Assembly (NCBI GenBank): GCA_946405655.1
Contig: CAMJHX010000001.1
Location: 1 to 28,602, forward strand
Direction: 5' to 3'
Source: an uncultured Clostridia bacterium
Lineage (GTDB): Bacteria > Bacillota > Clostridia > Oscillospirales > Oscillospiraceae
Length of the DNA: 28,602 bases
A model generated the notes under the pieces. That model was not told where the DNA came from. It worked only from the letters and a program-made list of their open reading frames with translations, and ran no database searches. Positions 17,628 to 25,629 of this stretch are shown here, piece after piece. The first letter of the stretch is position 1. Each line of letters starts with the position of its first letter. The position numbers and the translations under genes are program-made.

Positions 17628-18631
17628 CACTCAGATTGATTCTCGCCTTTATCATCGGATTTCTGGCGTCGAGCCTGATCGGTGTCTTTCTCGTTCCGTA
17701 TCTGCGCCGCATCAAGGCGGGGCAGAGCATCCGCGAGGACGGCCCCAAGTGGCACATGTCCAAATCCGGCACGCCCACGATGGGCGGCATCATGTTCATC
17801 GCCGCCGTCGCGATCGTCTGCCTCACGGTGGGCTTCCATTCCATGCTTGAGGGCTATTACGGGCATATCTTCTGCCTCGTTTTCGCGCTCGTCTTCGGCG
17901 CGATCGGCTTTCTCGATGACTACGAAAAGCTCAAGAAGAAGCAGAACCTCGGCCTGCGCGCGTGGCAGAAGTTCCTGCTGCAGCTGATCGCCGCCATGGT
18001 CTTCATCTACCTCATGCGCTCCTTCGGCTATGTCACGAGCGATGTCTACATCCCGTTTTTCAACGTTTCGTTCCACCTCGGCGACGTGCTCTATACGATC
18101 CTCGCCGCCTTTGTCATCACCGGCACGGTCAACGCCGTGAACCTCACCGACGGCATCGACGGCCTCGCCGCCGGCACGAGCATTCCTGTCTGCGTCTTCT
18201 TCGTCGCCGTCACGTTCCTGTGGCAGCGCGGCGATATCTCCGTCGGCGTCTTTGCGTCCGGTCTCGCGGGCGGTCTGCTGGGCTTTTTGCTCTATAACTT
18301 CAACCCCGCCAAGATCTTCATGGGCGACACCGGCTCGCTCTTCCTCGGCGGCGCCATCGCTGCCATGGCCTTTGCCTATGACATGCCGCTGATCCTCGTC
18401 ACGCTCGGCATCATGTACATCATCGAGACGCTCTCCGATATCATTCAGGTCGGCTATTTCAAGCTCACGCACGGCAAGCGCGTGTTCAAGATGGCCCCGT
18501 TCCACCACCATCTCGAGATGGGCGGCTGGCTCGGCAAGAAGTGGAAGGAGAAGGAAATCTTCACCCTCTTCGTTTCGGTCACGATCGTGTTCGCAATCAT
18601 CAGCTTTATCGGCGTCTATCACCGCTTCTGA
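17624..18631 (+). CDS. mraY: Phospho-N-acetylmuramoyl-pentapeptide transferase
   Basis: KSGTPTMGG, GFLDDY, NAVNLTDGIDGL, IFMGDTGS, FKMAPFHHH. Confidence 0.97.
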   Translation: MTLRLILAFIIGFLASSLIGVFLVPYLRRIKAGQSIREDGPKWHMSKSGTPTMGGIMFIAAVAIVCLTVGFHSMLEGYYGHIFCLVFALVFGAIGFLDDYEKLKKKQNLGLRAWQKFLLQLIAAMVFIYLMRSFGYVTSDVYIPFFNVSFHLGDVLYTILAAFVITGTVNAVNLTDGIDGLAAGTSIPVCVFFVAVTFLWQRGDISVGVFASGLAGGLLGFLLYNFNPAKIFMGDTGSLFLGGAIAAMAFAYDMPLILVTLGIMYIIETLSDIIQVGYFKLTHGKRVFKMAPFHHHLEMGGWLGKKWKEKEIFTLFVSVTIVFAIISFIGVYHRF

Positions 18632-18654
18632 TTCTCCATCAAGAAAGGATCCAC

Positions 18655-19851
18655 ATGCCTACGAGAAAACGCTCCTCCGGCTCCTTCGGGATGCAGCTGA
18701 AAAACCTCATACCCGGCTGGCAGGCAGCGTCCAGACTGCGCGGCGGCTTTGATATCACGCTGCTCATGCTCGTGCTGATCCTTCTGAGTCTGGGCCTGCT
18801 GATGGTGCTCTCCTCGAGTTATCCGCGCGCCTATTCTCAGGCGCTCGCCTCCGAGAGCGGCAGCGCGCTGGATTACTTCAACCACCAGCTCATGTTCGCC
18901 ATCGCGGGCGTCGTCATCATGTATGCCGCGTCCTGGGTGCCCATGTCGTTCTATCGCCAGTCCAACCGCCTGGTCTACGGCTTTGCGGCGGTCATGCTCC
19001 TGCTCGTGCTCGTTATGGGTACGGCGGAGAACAACGCCCGCCGCTGGATCTCGCTCGGCCCGCTTTCGTTCCAGCCGTCCGAGATCACGAAGCTCGCCAT
19101 CATTCTCGTCTTTGCCGATCTCATCGCGAAATACCGCGCCCGCATGGAGACGATCCAGTATGGCGTCATTCCCTTCGCCATCGCGCTCGGAATCCCGATC
19201 GTGCTGCTCTTTTTTGAGCCGCACATCTCCTGCATCCTCATCATTTCGCTCATCGGCCTCACGATGATGGTCATCGGCGGCATGCCGCGGCGCTATTTCT
19301 TCATCGGTCTCGGCATTGTCGCGGCGCTCGGCACGCTCGCGTTTTTCGTCTCCACGCATGTGCACGTGCGCATTCTCGCGTGGCTCTTCCCCTCGCAGTA
19401 TGCCGATGACGATATCACCTATCAGGTGCGCGAATCGCTCATGGCCATCGGCTCCGGCGGCCTCACCGGTCTCGGGCCGGGGGAGGGCAGACAGAAATAT
19501 CTCTATCTCCCCGAGAGCCACAACGACTATATCTTCTCCATCGTCTGCGAGGAGCTCGGTCTCATCGGCGCGGCGGCGATCATCCTCCTGCTCGCGCTCA
19601 TGCTCCTGCGCTGCACGCAGATCACCCTGCATACGCAGGATCGCTTCAGCTTTCTCGTCGCTGCGGGCATCACGGCGCATTTCGGCCTGCAGACGCTTCT
19701 CAACATCGCCGTCGTCACAAATTCTCTGCCCTGCACCGGCGTGTCGCTGCCGTTTTTCAGCTATGGCGGCACGGCGCTTTTGATGCAGCTGCTTGAAATG
19801 GGCATTCTGCTCAGCATCTCGCGCGAAGCGCCGCTCACTCGCGCAGGCTAG
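18655..19851 (+). CDS. ftsW: SEDS-family peptidoglycan polymerase FtsW/SpoVE
   Basis: ATG 18655 behind AAAGGA; NARRWISLG, FQPSEITK, YQ..ESLMAIGSGG, YLPESHNDYIFS, GVSLPFFSYGGT. Confidence 0.9.
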   Translation: MPTRKRSSGSFGMQLKNLIPGWQAASRLRGGFDITLLMLVLILLSLGLLMVLSSSYPRAYSQALASESGSALDYFNHQLMFAIAGVVIMYAASWVPMSFYRQSNRLVYGFAAVMLLLVLVMGTAENNARRWISLGPLSFQPSEITKLAIILVFADLIAKYRARMETIQYGVIPFAIALGIPIVLLFFEPHISCILIISLIGLTMMVIGGMPRRYFFIGLGIVAALGTLAFFVSTHVHVRILAWLFPSQYADDDITYQVRESLMAIGSGGLTGLGPGEGRQKYLYLPESHNDYIFSIVCEELGLIGAAAIILLLALMLLRCTQITLHTQDRFSFLVAAGITAHFGLQTLLNIAVVTNSLPCTGVSLPFFSYGGTALLMQLLEMGILLSISREAPLTRAG

Positions 19852-19864
19852 AAAGGTCATCACT

Positions 19865-20995
19865 ATGAAAGTTTTGTTCGCCTGCGGCGGAACCGCCGGG
19901 CATATCAACCCCGCCATTGCCGTCGCGCAGCGCCTGCAGGCGCTCGATCCGAATACCGAGGTGCTCTTCGTCGGCACGCCGGACCGCATGGAGTCCGAGC
20001 TCGTTCCGCGCGCGGGCTATGCGTTCGAGTCCGTCAAGGTCTCGAGCTTCTCCCGCAGTCTCAGCGCCTCCGGACTCAAGCACAACATTTCCGCCGCGAA
20101 GGACGCCCTCACGGCGACGCACGCGGCAAAAAAGATCGTCCGTGCCTTTCAGCCGGATATCGCCGTCGGCACCGGCGGCTATGTCTGCTATCCTGTTTTG
20201 AAGGCCGCGGCGCAGCTCAATGTCCCGACGCTCGTGCATGAATCCAACGCCGTCCCCGGCCTCACGACGAAGATGCTTCTGCCCGATGTGGACCGCATCC
20301 TCGTCGGCTTTGAGGAGAGCCGCCTGCATTACGGCGACCCGACGCGCGTTTTCGTCACCGGCACGCCCGTGCGCACCGGCTTTTCCGACTGCACCAAGGA
20401 CGAGGCGAAGAGAAAGCTCGGCCTTCCGGTCGATCAGCCGCTGGTCGTCTCCCTCTGGGGCTCCCTCGGCGCGCGCATCATGAACGAGAAGATCACCGAC
20501 ATGATCGCCCTCGCCGGAGAGCATCCCGGCTTCCGCCTCATCCATTCCGCCGGCAAGTCCGGTTATGATGCGGTCGCAAAGAAGCTGCAGGAGACCTGCG
20601 CTTTTGATCTCCCGGCCTCCGGCTATGACGTCCGCCCCTATATCTATGATATGCCGCTCGTCATGGCGGCGGCGGATCTGGTGCTCTGCCGCGCGGGCGC
20701 GTCCACGCTCGCGGAGCTGACCTATCTCGGCAAGCCCGCGATCCTCGTGCCAAGCCCTTATGTCACGAACAATCATCAGGAGAAAAACGCCCGCGTCCTT
20801 GAGCATGCCGGCGGCGCGAAGGTGCTGCTCGAGCCCGAGCTCACCGGGCAGGATCTGCTCGACGCCATCCGCGCGCTGCTCTCGGACCCCGCTTTGCTCG
20901 ACAGCATGGCGGAGAACATGAAATCCTGCGGTGTCCCGGACGCCACCGAGCGCATCGCCGATATCGTTCTGGAGATGATCCGGGTCTATCGATGA
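19865..20995 (+). CDS. murG: Lipid II N-acetylglucosaminyltransferase
   Basis: ATG 19865; GGTAGHINPA, GTGGYV, HESNAVPG, GTPVR, WGSLGA, RAGAST, HQEKNA. Confidence 0.96.
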   Translation: MKVLFACGGTAGHINPAIAVAQRLQALDPNTEVLFVGTPDRMESELVPRAGYAFESVKVSSFSRSLSASGLKHNISAAKDALTATHAAKKIVRAFQPDIAVGTGGYVCYPVLKAAAQLNVPTLVHESNAVPGLTTKMLLPDVDRILVGFEESRLHYGDPTRVFVTGTPVRTGFSDCTKDEAKRKLGLPVDQPLVVSLWGSLGARIMNEKITDMIALAGEHPGFRLIHSAGKSGYDAVAKKLQETCAFDLPASGYDVRPYIYDMPLVMAAADLVLCRAGASTLAELTYLGKPAILVPSPYVTNNHQEKNARVLEHAGGAKVLLEPELTGQDLLDAIRALLSDPALLDSMAENMKSCGVPDATERIADIVLEMIRVYR

Positions 20996-21007
20996 ACCGA
21001 AAAAACC

Positions 21008-21056
21008 TCTCTCCGCATAGCATGAACCGAGTTTTCATGATGCGGAGGGATTTTTT
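21008..21056 (+). terminator. Terminator-like hairpin whose 3' arm contains the SD of the second murA
   Basis: TCTCTCCGCAT-ag-CATGAA-loop-TTCATG-ATGCGGAGGGA-TTTTTT followed directly by ATG 21057. Confidence 0.7.
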
Positions 21057-22319
21057 ATGACGATCTGGCGTGTGACGGGCGGGCGGCGGCTTTCGGGCGA
21101 GCTTCCGGTGCAGGGGTCGAAAAATGCGGTGCTGCCCATTCTGGCGGCGTCCATCCTCGCCCCGTGCGAGACGCTGCTCACCGGCGTGCCGGATCTGAGG
21201 GATGTGCGCATTACGCTGAGGATCCTGCGTCACCTCGGCTGCGCCGTCACACGCGAGGGGGATCATATTTGGATCGACTCCCGCCCGCTGCATGGCTTTG
21301 AGATTCCGCACAGCCTCATGCGCGAGCTGCGCTCGAGCGTCATCTTCCTCGGCGCGATCCTCGCGCGCTGCGGTCAGGCGCGGCTGAGCCTCCCCGGGGG
21401 GTGTGAGCTCGGCCCGCGCCCGGTCGATCTGCATCTCGACGCTCTGCGCGCCCTCGGCGCGGCGGTTGCGGAGCAGGGGGGAGACATTATCTGCCGGGGG
21501 ACGGATCTGCGCGGCGCGCGCGTCATTCTCCCGATCCCCAGCGTCGGCGCCACGGAGAACGCCATGCTCGCCGCCTGCGCCGCGCGCGGCGTCACGGTCA
21601 TCTCCAACGCCGCGCGCGAGCCGGAGATCGTCGATCTGCAGAAGTATCTCCGTGCGCTCGGCGCGCAGATTTCCGGCGCCGGCAGCGCGGAGATCCGCGT
21701 GGAGGGCTTCGCGCCGAAGCCGTTTGTGCGCCATCAGATCCTCCCGGACCGCATCGCCGCGTCCACGCTTTTGTGCGCCTGCGCCGCCGCGGGCGGGGAA
21801 ATTACGCTCACAAATGTATTTCCTTCGCATTTTTTAACGGTTCTGGACTCGCTTTCTGAAGCGGGATGTGATATAATAACAAAATCAGGCACGGTAACGC
21901 TCCGGTCGGACGCGCATTTGATCGCGCCGAGACCCATCGTCACGCGGCCGTATCCCGGCTTTCCGACGGATGCGCAGCCGCCGCTCATGGCGGCCTGTCT
22001 CAAAGCGCGCGGGACGACGGTGTTCACCGAAACGATCTTTTCCAACCGCTATCGCCATGCGCTCGAGCTGCGCCGCCTCGGCGCGGATGTGAGCATCGAG
22101 GGCCGCGTGGCCTTCATCTCCGGCGTCGAGCGCCTGACTGCCGCCCCGCTCACGGCGGGCGATCTCAGAGGCGGCGCCGCGATGATCGTCGCCGCGCTGT
22201 CCGCCGAGGGGACGACCGAGATCTTCGATGAGGAGCACATCTCCCGCGGCTATGACCGGCTGGATCGGCAGCTCGCCGCGCTCGGCGCGGAAATCGCCTG
22301 CGATCGTGTATCAAACTGA
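21057..22319 (+). CDS. murA: UDP-N-acetylglucosamine 1-carboxyvinyltransferase (copy 2, in dcw cluster)
   Basis: VQGSKNA, LPGGCELGPRPVDLH, SVGATEN, NAAREPEI, YPGFPTDAQ, DLRGGAA, RGYD. Confidence 0.93.
   Translation: MTIWRVTGGRRLSGELPVQGSKNAVLPILAASILAPCETLLTGVPDLRDVRITLRILRHLGCAVTREGDHIWIDSRPLHGFEIPHSLMRELRSSVIFLGAILARCGQARLSLPGGCELGPRPVDLHLDALRALGAAVAEQGGDIICRGTDLRGARVILPIPSVGATENAMLAACAARGVTVISNAAREPEIVDLQKYLRALGAQISGAGSAEIRVEGFAPKPFVRHQILPDRIAASTLLCACAAAGGEITLTNVFPSHFLTVLDSLSEAGCDIITKSGTVTLRSDAHLIAPRPIVTRPYPGFPTDAQPPLMAACLKARGTTVFTETIFSNRYRHALELRRLGADVSIEGRVAFISGVERLTAAPLTAGDLRGGAAMIVAALSAEGTTEIFDEEHISRGYDRLDRQLAALGAEIACDRVSN
21849..21877 (+). promoter_or_regulatory. Putative internal promoter within murA copy 2 (would drive ftsQ)
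   Basis: TCGCTT-17 nt-TATAAT with extended -10 TG, in an AT-rich patch of a GC-rich gene. Confidence 0.6.
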
Positions 22320-22337
22320 TTGAGATTGGAGACCAAT

Positions 22338-23090
22338 ATGAAAACAGCCTCAAAGGGAACCAAAGAGATGGAGTTTCGCCGAAGGCACGGCGGGCTCTGG
22401 ATCTTCCTCGGGGTCATCGTTCTGATCCTGCTGGCGATGAGCATCTTCTTCACCGTCACGGACATCGAGGTCGAGGGCAATGCCCGCTATACGGACGAGG
22501 AGATCATCCTCGCCTCCGGGCTCGAAAAGGGCGAGAACCTCTTTTTCATCAACCGCTATGACGCGGCAAGCCGCATTTTCAAAAAGCTTCCCTATGTCAA
22601 TGACGTGATGGTCACGCGCGAGCTCCCGAGCCGCGTCGTCATCTCCATCACGGAGAGCAGCGCCATGGGATATGTCACGCTCGAGAATGACTACTGGGTC
22701 ATCGACCAGAACTGCAAGCTCCTCAAGAAGATCGATCAGACCGAGCTCAAGAGCCTCATCCGCATCGACGGGCTCGTTCCCGTGGAGCCGGAGGAGGGCT
22801 CGATCATGACCGTCGCGGAGGAGGACGGCGCGAAGCTCCGCTTCCTATCAGAGATCCTGAACCAGCTTCTCAAGCGCGGCCTCTGGACGGACGTCACGAT
22901 CATCGACATGAGCGACGTTACGAATCCCGCCTTCGCCTATCTCAGCCGCTTCACGGTTCGCGTGGGGGAGGACGCCGATCTCGATTATAAGTTCGGCCTC
23001 CTGCAGAGCGCGGTCGAGCAGCTCGCCGAGCACGACGCCGGCACGCTCGATCTCTCCATCGATCAGCAGGTGCATTTCAGCCCCGGTTAA
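22338..23090 (+). CDS. ftsQ: Cell division protein FtsQ/DivIB (POTRA domain)
   Basis: ATG 22338 behind GGAGA; short basic N-terminus, TM helix, IEVEGNARYTDEEIILASG...NLFF, LPYV..VTRELPSRVVISITE; position before ftsZ. Confidence 0.88.
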   Translation: MKTASKGTKEMEFRRRHGGLWIFLGVIVLILLAMSIFFTVTDIEVEGNARYTDEEIILASGLEKGENLFFINRYDAASRIFKKLPYVNDVMVTRELPSRVVISITESSAMGYVTLENDYWVIDQNCKLLKKIDQTELKSLIRIDGLVPVEPEEGSIMTVAEEDGAKLRFLSEILNQLLKRGLWTDVTIIDMSDVTNPAFAYLSRFTVRVGEDADLDYKFGLLQSAVEQLAEHDAGTLDLSIDQQVHFSPG

Positions 23091-23098
23091 AAATTGTA

Positions 23099-23127
23099 TT
23101 GACCTTGAAGGGAATTTGATATAAAAT
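23099..23127 (+). promoter_or_regulatory. Putative ftsZ promoter
   Basis: TTGACC-17 nt-TAAAAT; the -10 overlaps the upstream ATG at 23126. Confidence 0.65.
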
Positions 23128-23404
23128 GGGTAAGAATAAGAAAAAGAACCGCAACCGGCCAAGACCGAACCCCGTCCGTCAGGCGCCTGCACAGCAGCAG
23201 CCAAAACCGGAAGATACCGCGGTGGAGGAATCTGCAGTGCTTGAACCCATTTCCGAAACAATCGATGCGCAGGAGTATGTCCAGCTGGACCTGATCCCGG
23301 ATCAAGCGCCTGTGCCCGAGGAACCTACGCCGGAGACGGTCGCCGAGGCCGAGCCCGCGCAAATCGAAACAAACGAAATCAATCCAAACAGGGAGGAACC
23401 AACT

Positions 23405-24598
23405 ATGCCCTATCTGACTGAAACCGGACCCGAAAATGTCGTCACCCTGAAGGTGGTCGGCGTCGGCGGCGCCGGCAACAACGTTGTCAACCGCATGGTG
23501 AAATCCGGTGCTCAGGGCATCGAGTATGTCGCCATCAATACCGATAAGCAGGCGCTGGCCGTTTCCAGCGCTGACCAGAAGATCCAGATCGGCGAGAAGC
23601 TGACCCACGGTCAGGGCGCCGGCAGCGATCCCGAGGTCGGCAAGCGCTCCGCCGAGGAGAGCCGCAACAACATCGCCAAGTCCCTTGAGAACACCGATAT
23701 GGTCTTCATCACGGCCGGCATGGGCGGCGGCACCGGCACCGGCGCTGCTCCCACCATCGCCGATATCGCCCGCGAGGCCGGTATCCTCACAGTCGCCGTT
23801 GTCACGAAGCCCTTCAAGTTCGAGGGCAAGCGCCGCATGGATCAGGCTGTCGCCGGCATCAACGAGCTGCTCGGCAAGGTCGATTCTCTGCTCATCATCC
23901 CGAACGATCGCCTGAAGTATGCCACCGACCAGAAGGTCACGCTGGCCAACGCCTTCGAGATCGCGGACGACGTGCTGCATCAGGCCGTCACCAGCATCTC
24001 CGACCTCATCAAGAACACCGGCTTCATCAACCTCGACTTTGCGGACGTCACCTGCATCATGAAGGACGCCGGCTTTGCCCACATGGGCGTCGGCCACGCC
24101 GCCGGCAAGGGCAAGGCGGAGGAAGCTGCCCGCATGGCCGTTGCGAGCCCCCTCATGGAGACCTCCATCAACGGCGCGCGCGGTGTGCTCATCAACATCA
24201 CCGGCTCCGAGGACATGGGCCTCGAGGACGTCGAGACCGCTGCCAACCTCGTGCAGGAGGCCGCGCATCCGGACGCCAACATCATCTTCGGCGCGAGCTT
24301 CGATCCCACGCTGGACGATGAGATCCGCGTGACGGTCATCGCCACCGGCTTTGAGGACGGCTCCAATCAGGCCGAGGCTGCTCCTGCCGCTCCCGCGAAG
24401 CCCGCTCCCGCCGCTCCGCGCACGACCGGCTTCTTCACCGGCGCCGCTCCCGTGTCTGCCGAGCCTGCTCCCGCTCCGGCTCCTGCCGCTCCTGTGGCGG
24501 CCGAGCCCGCTCCCGCTCCGGCTCCGGCTCCCGCCGCCGAGCCCGCGCAGGAGGAAGATCCGTTCGACGGCATCTTCAAGATCTTCAACCAGAAGTAA
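23405..24598 (+). CDS. ftsZ: Cell division protein FtsZ (frame is open upstream to ATG 23126)
   Basis: GGGAGGA RBS before ATG 23405; VVGVGGAGNN, INTD, GMGGGTGTG tubulin signature, INLDFADV; Ala/Pro linker. Confidence 0.96.
   Translation: MPYLTETGPENVVTLKVVGVGGAGNNVVNRMVKSGAQGIEYVAINTDKQALAVSSADQKIQIGEKLTHGQGAGSDPEVGKRSAEESRNNIAKSLENTDMVFITAGMGGGTGTGAAPTIADIAREAGILTVAVVTKPFKFEGKRRMDQAVAGINELLGKVDSLLIIPNDRLKYATDQKVTLANAFEIADDVLHQAVTSISDLIKNTGFINLDFADVTCIMKDAGFAHMGVGHAAGKGKAEEAARMAVASPLMETSINGARGVLINITGSEDMGLEDVETAANLVQEAAHPDANIIFGASFDPTLDDEIRVTVIATGFEDGSNQAEAAPAAPAKPAPAAPRTTGFFTGAAPVSAEPAPAPAPAAPVAAEPAPAPAPAPAAEPAQEEDPFDGIFKIFNQK
24458..24525 (+). repeat. Coding near-tandem repeat in the FtsZ linker
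   Basis: 26-nt unit GCCGAGCC(T/C)GCTCCCGCTCCGGCTCC at 24458 and 24500 (one mismatch), encoding AEPAPAPAP. Confidence 0.8.
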
Positions 24599-24620
24599 GA
24601 TCTCGCACTTTACAGAGAAC

Positions 24621-24657
24621 CACCGCCTTCGTAAATATCAGCGAGGGCGGTGTTTTT
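24621..24657 (+). terminator. Intrinsic terminator after ftsZ
   Basis: CACCGCCTTCG-loop-CGAGGGCGGTG-TTTTT. Confidence 0.8.
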
Positions 24658-24688
24658 CTGATAATCGGAAAGGGGATGATCTGCACAA

Positions 24689-25531
24689 GTGAAAAACTGG
24701 AAAAACTGGCGGGTCGTCCGCTTTTTTGCCGCGTTCGGCCGGATCTATCTCGGAAAGCGCCTGCCGCGCACTGCCGCCGCCATGACGTATTTCATGGTGC
24801 TCACGCTCTTTCCCGGCATCATCTGCCTCTATGACCTGCTCGCGCTCGCCGTCGCCAAGCCCGAGGCGGTCTTTCAGGTGCTCGAGACGCTCGTCGTCCC
24901 GGAGCAGACGCGCTCGATCATCGAGGAGTTTCTCCGCTATGCCGCCCGCAGCGCCAACGGCACGGTTTTTGTCGTCGCCTTCGTCGCCATGGTCATGGCG
25001 GCCAGCGCTGTTTACCGCACGTTCTGCGGCTGTGCCGAGGAGATCAGCGGCCAGCGCCGATTCGGTATCATCGGCGGCACGATCGCAAGCTTCGTCTTCG
25101 CCGTCGCCTTCCTCGCCGCCATCTTCGGCAGCATCATGGCGATCATCACGAGCCGCCAGCTCATCCATAAGCTCGATGAGACCGTCACTTGGATCAACAT
25201 CGGCGACTGGTGGAACTGGTCTCGCTTCGTCGTGCTGTTTTTGATCATCCTCGGCATGATCCTCGTGCTCTATGTCCTCACCGCCTCGCACGAGGGCAGT
25301 CGACGTCAGTTTCCGGGCGCGTTTGTCGCCGCCGTCGGCATGGCCGCGATCTCCGTCCTGTTCTCGTGGCTCTTCGGCCGCTCGGCGAAATATCCGCTCG
25401 TCTACGGCTCTCTCGCGTCCATGATCCTGCTCATGGTCTGGCTGAATCTCCTCAGCTACATGATCGTCATCGGCAGCGCCGTCAATCAGGCGCTCTATGA
25501 GACAAGGAGACAAACACCAGAAATTTCATAA
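24689..25531 (+). CDS. YihY/virulence factor BrkB family membrane protein
   Basis: AAAMTYFMVLTLFP, multiple TM helices, PGAFVAA, YPLVYGSLASMILLMVWL; GTG start. Confidence 0.88.
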   Translation: MKNWKNWRVVRFFAAFGRIYLGKRLPRTAAAMTYFMVLTLFPGIICLYDLLALAVAKPEAVFQVLETLVVPEQTRSIIEEFLRYAARSANGTVFVVAFVAMVMAASAVYRTFCGCAEEISGQRRFGIIGGTIASFVFAVAFLAAIFGSIMAIITSRQLIHKLDETVTWINIGDWWNWSRFVVLFLIILGMILVLYVLTASHEGSRRQFPGAFVAAVGMAAISVLFSWLFGRSAKYPLVYGSLASMILLMVWLNLLSYMIVIGSAVNQALYETRRQTPEIS

Positions 25532-25616
25532 AGTCCTGCCACCGGGTAGGGAATGCAACGGCATTCGTTCACGCATCGTTAGGTCCTAGAAGATGCGTGA
25601 TACGAATGCCTTTTTT
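25532..25616 (+). ncRNA. Probable guanidine-IV (GGAM-1/mepA motif) riboswitch with integral terminator
   Basis: P1 CCTGC-CACCGG-GTAGG, short linker, long terminator GGCATTCGT-TCACGCATC-[GTTAGGTCCTAGAA]-GATGCGTGA-T-ACGAATGCC-TTTTTT; the loops carry complementary ACC/GGT; PnuC-like gene downstream. Class assigned from recalled consensus, not a covariance search. Confidence 0.7.
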
Positions 25617-25629
25617 CTTTGGAGGTTCT

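Noticed and set aside
25532-25616. NAD+-II (pnuC motif), preQ1 or TPP riboswitch upstream of the PnuC-like gene
   Set aside because: The sequence does not show the conserved elements I recall for those classes; the CACCGG-loop hairpin plus terminator fits guanidine-IV better.
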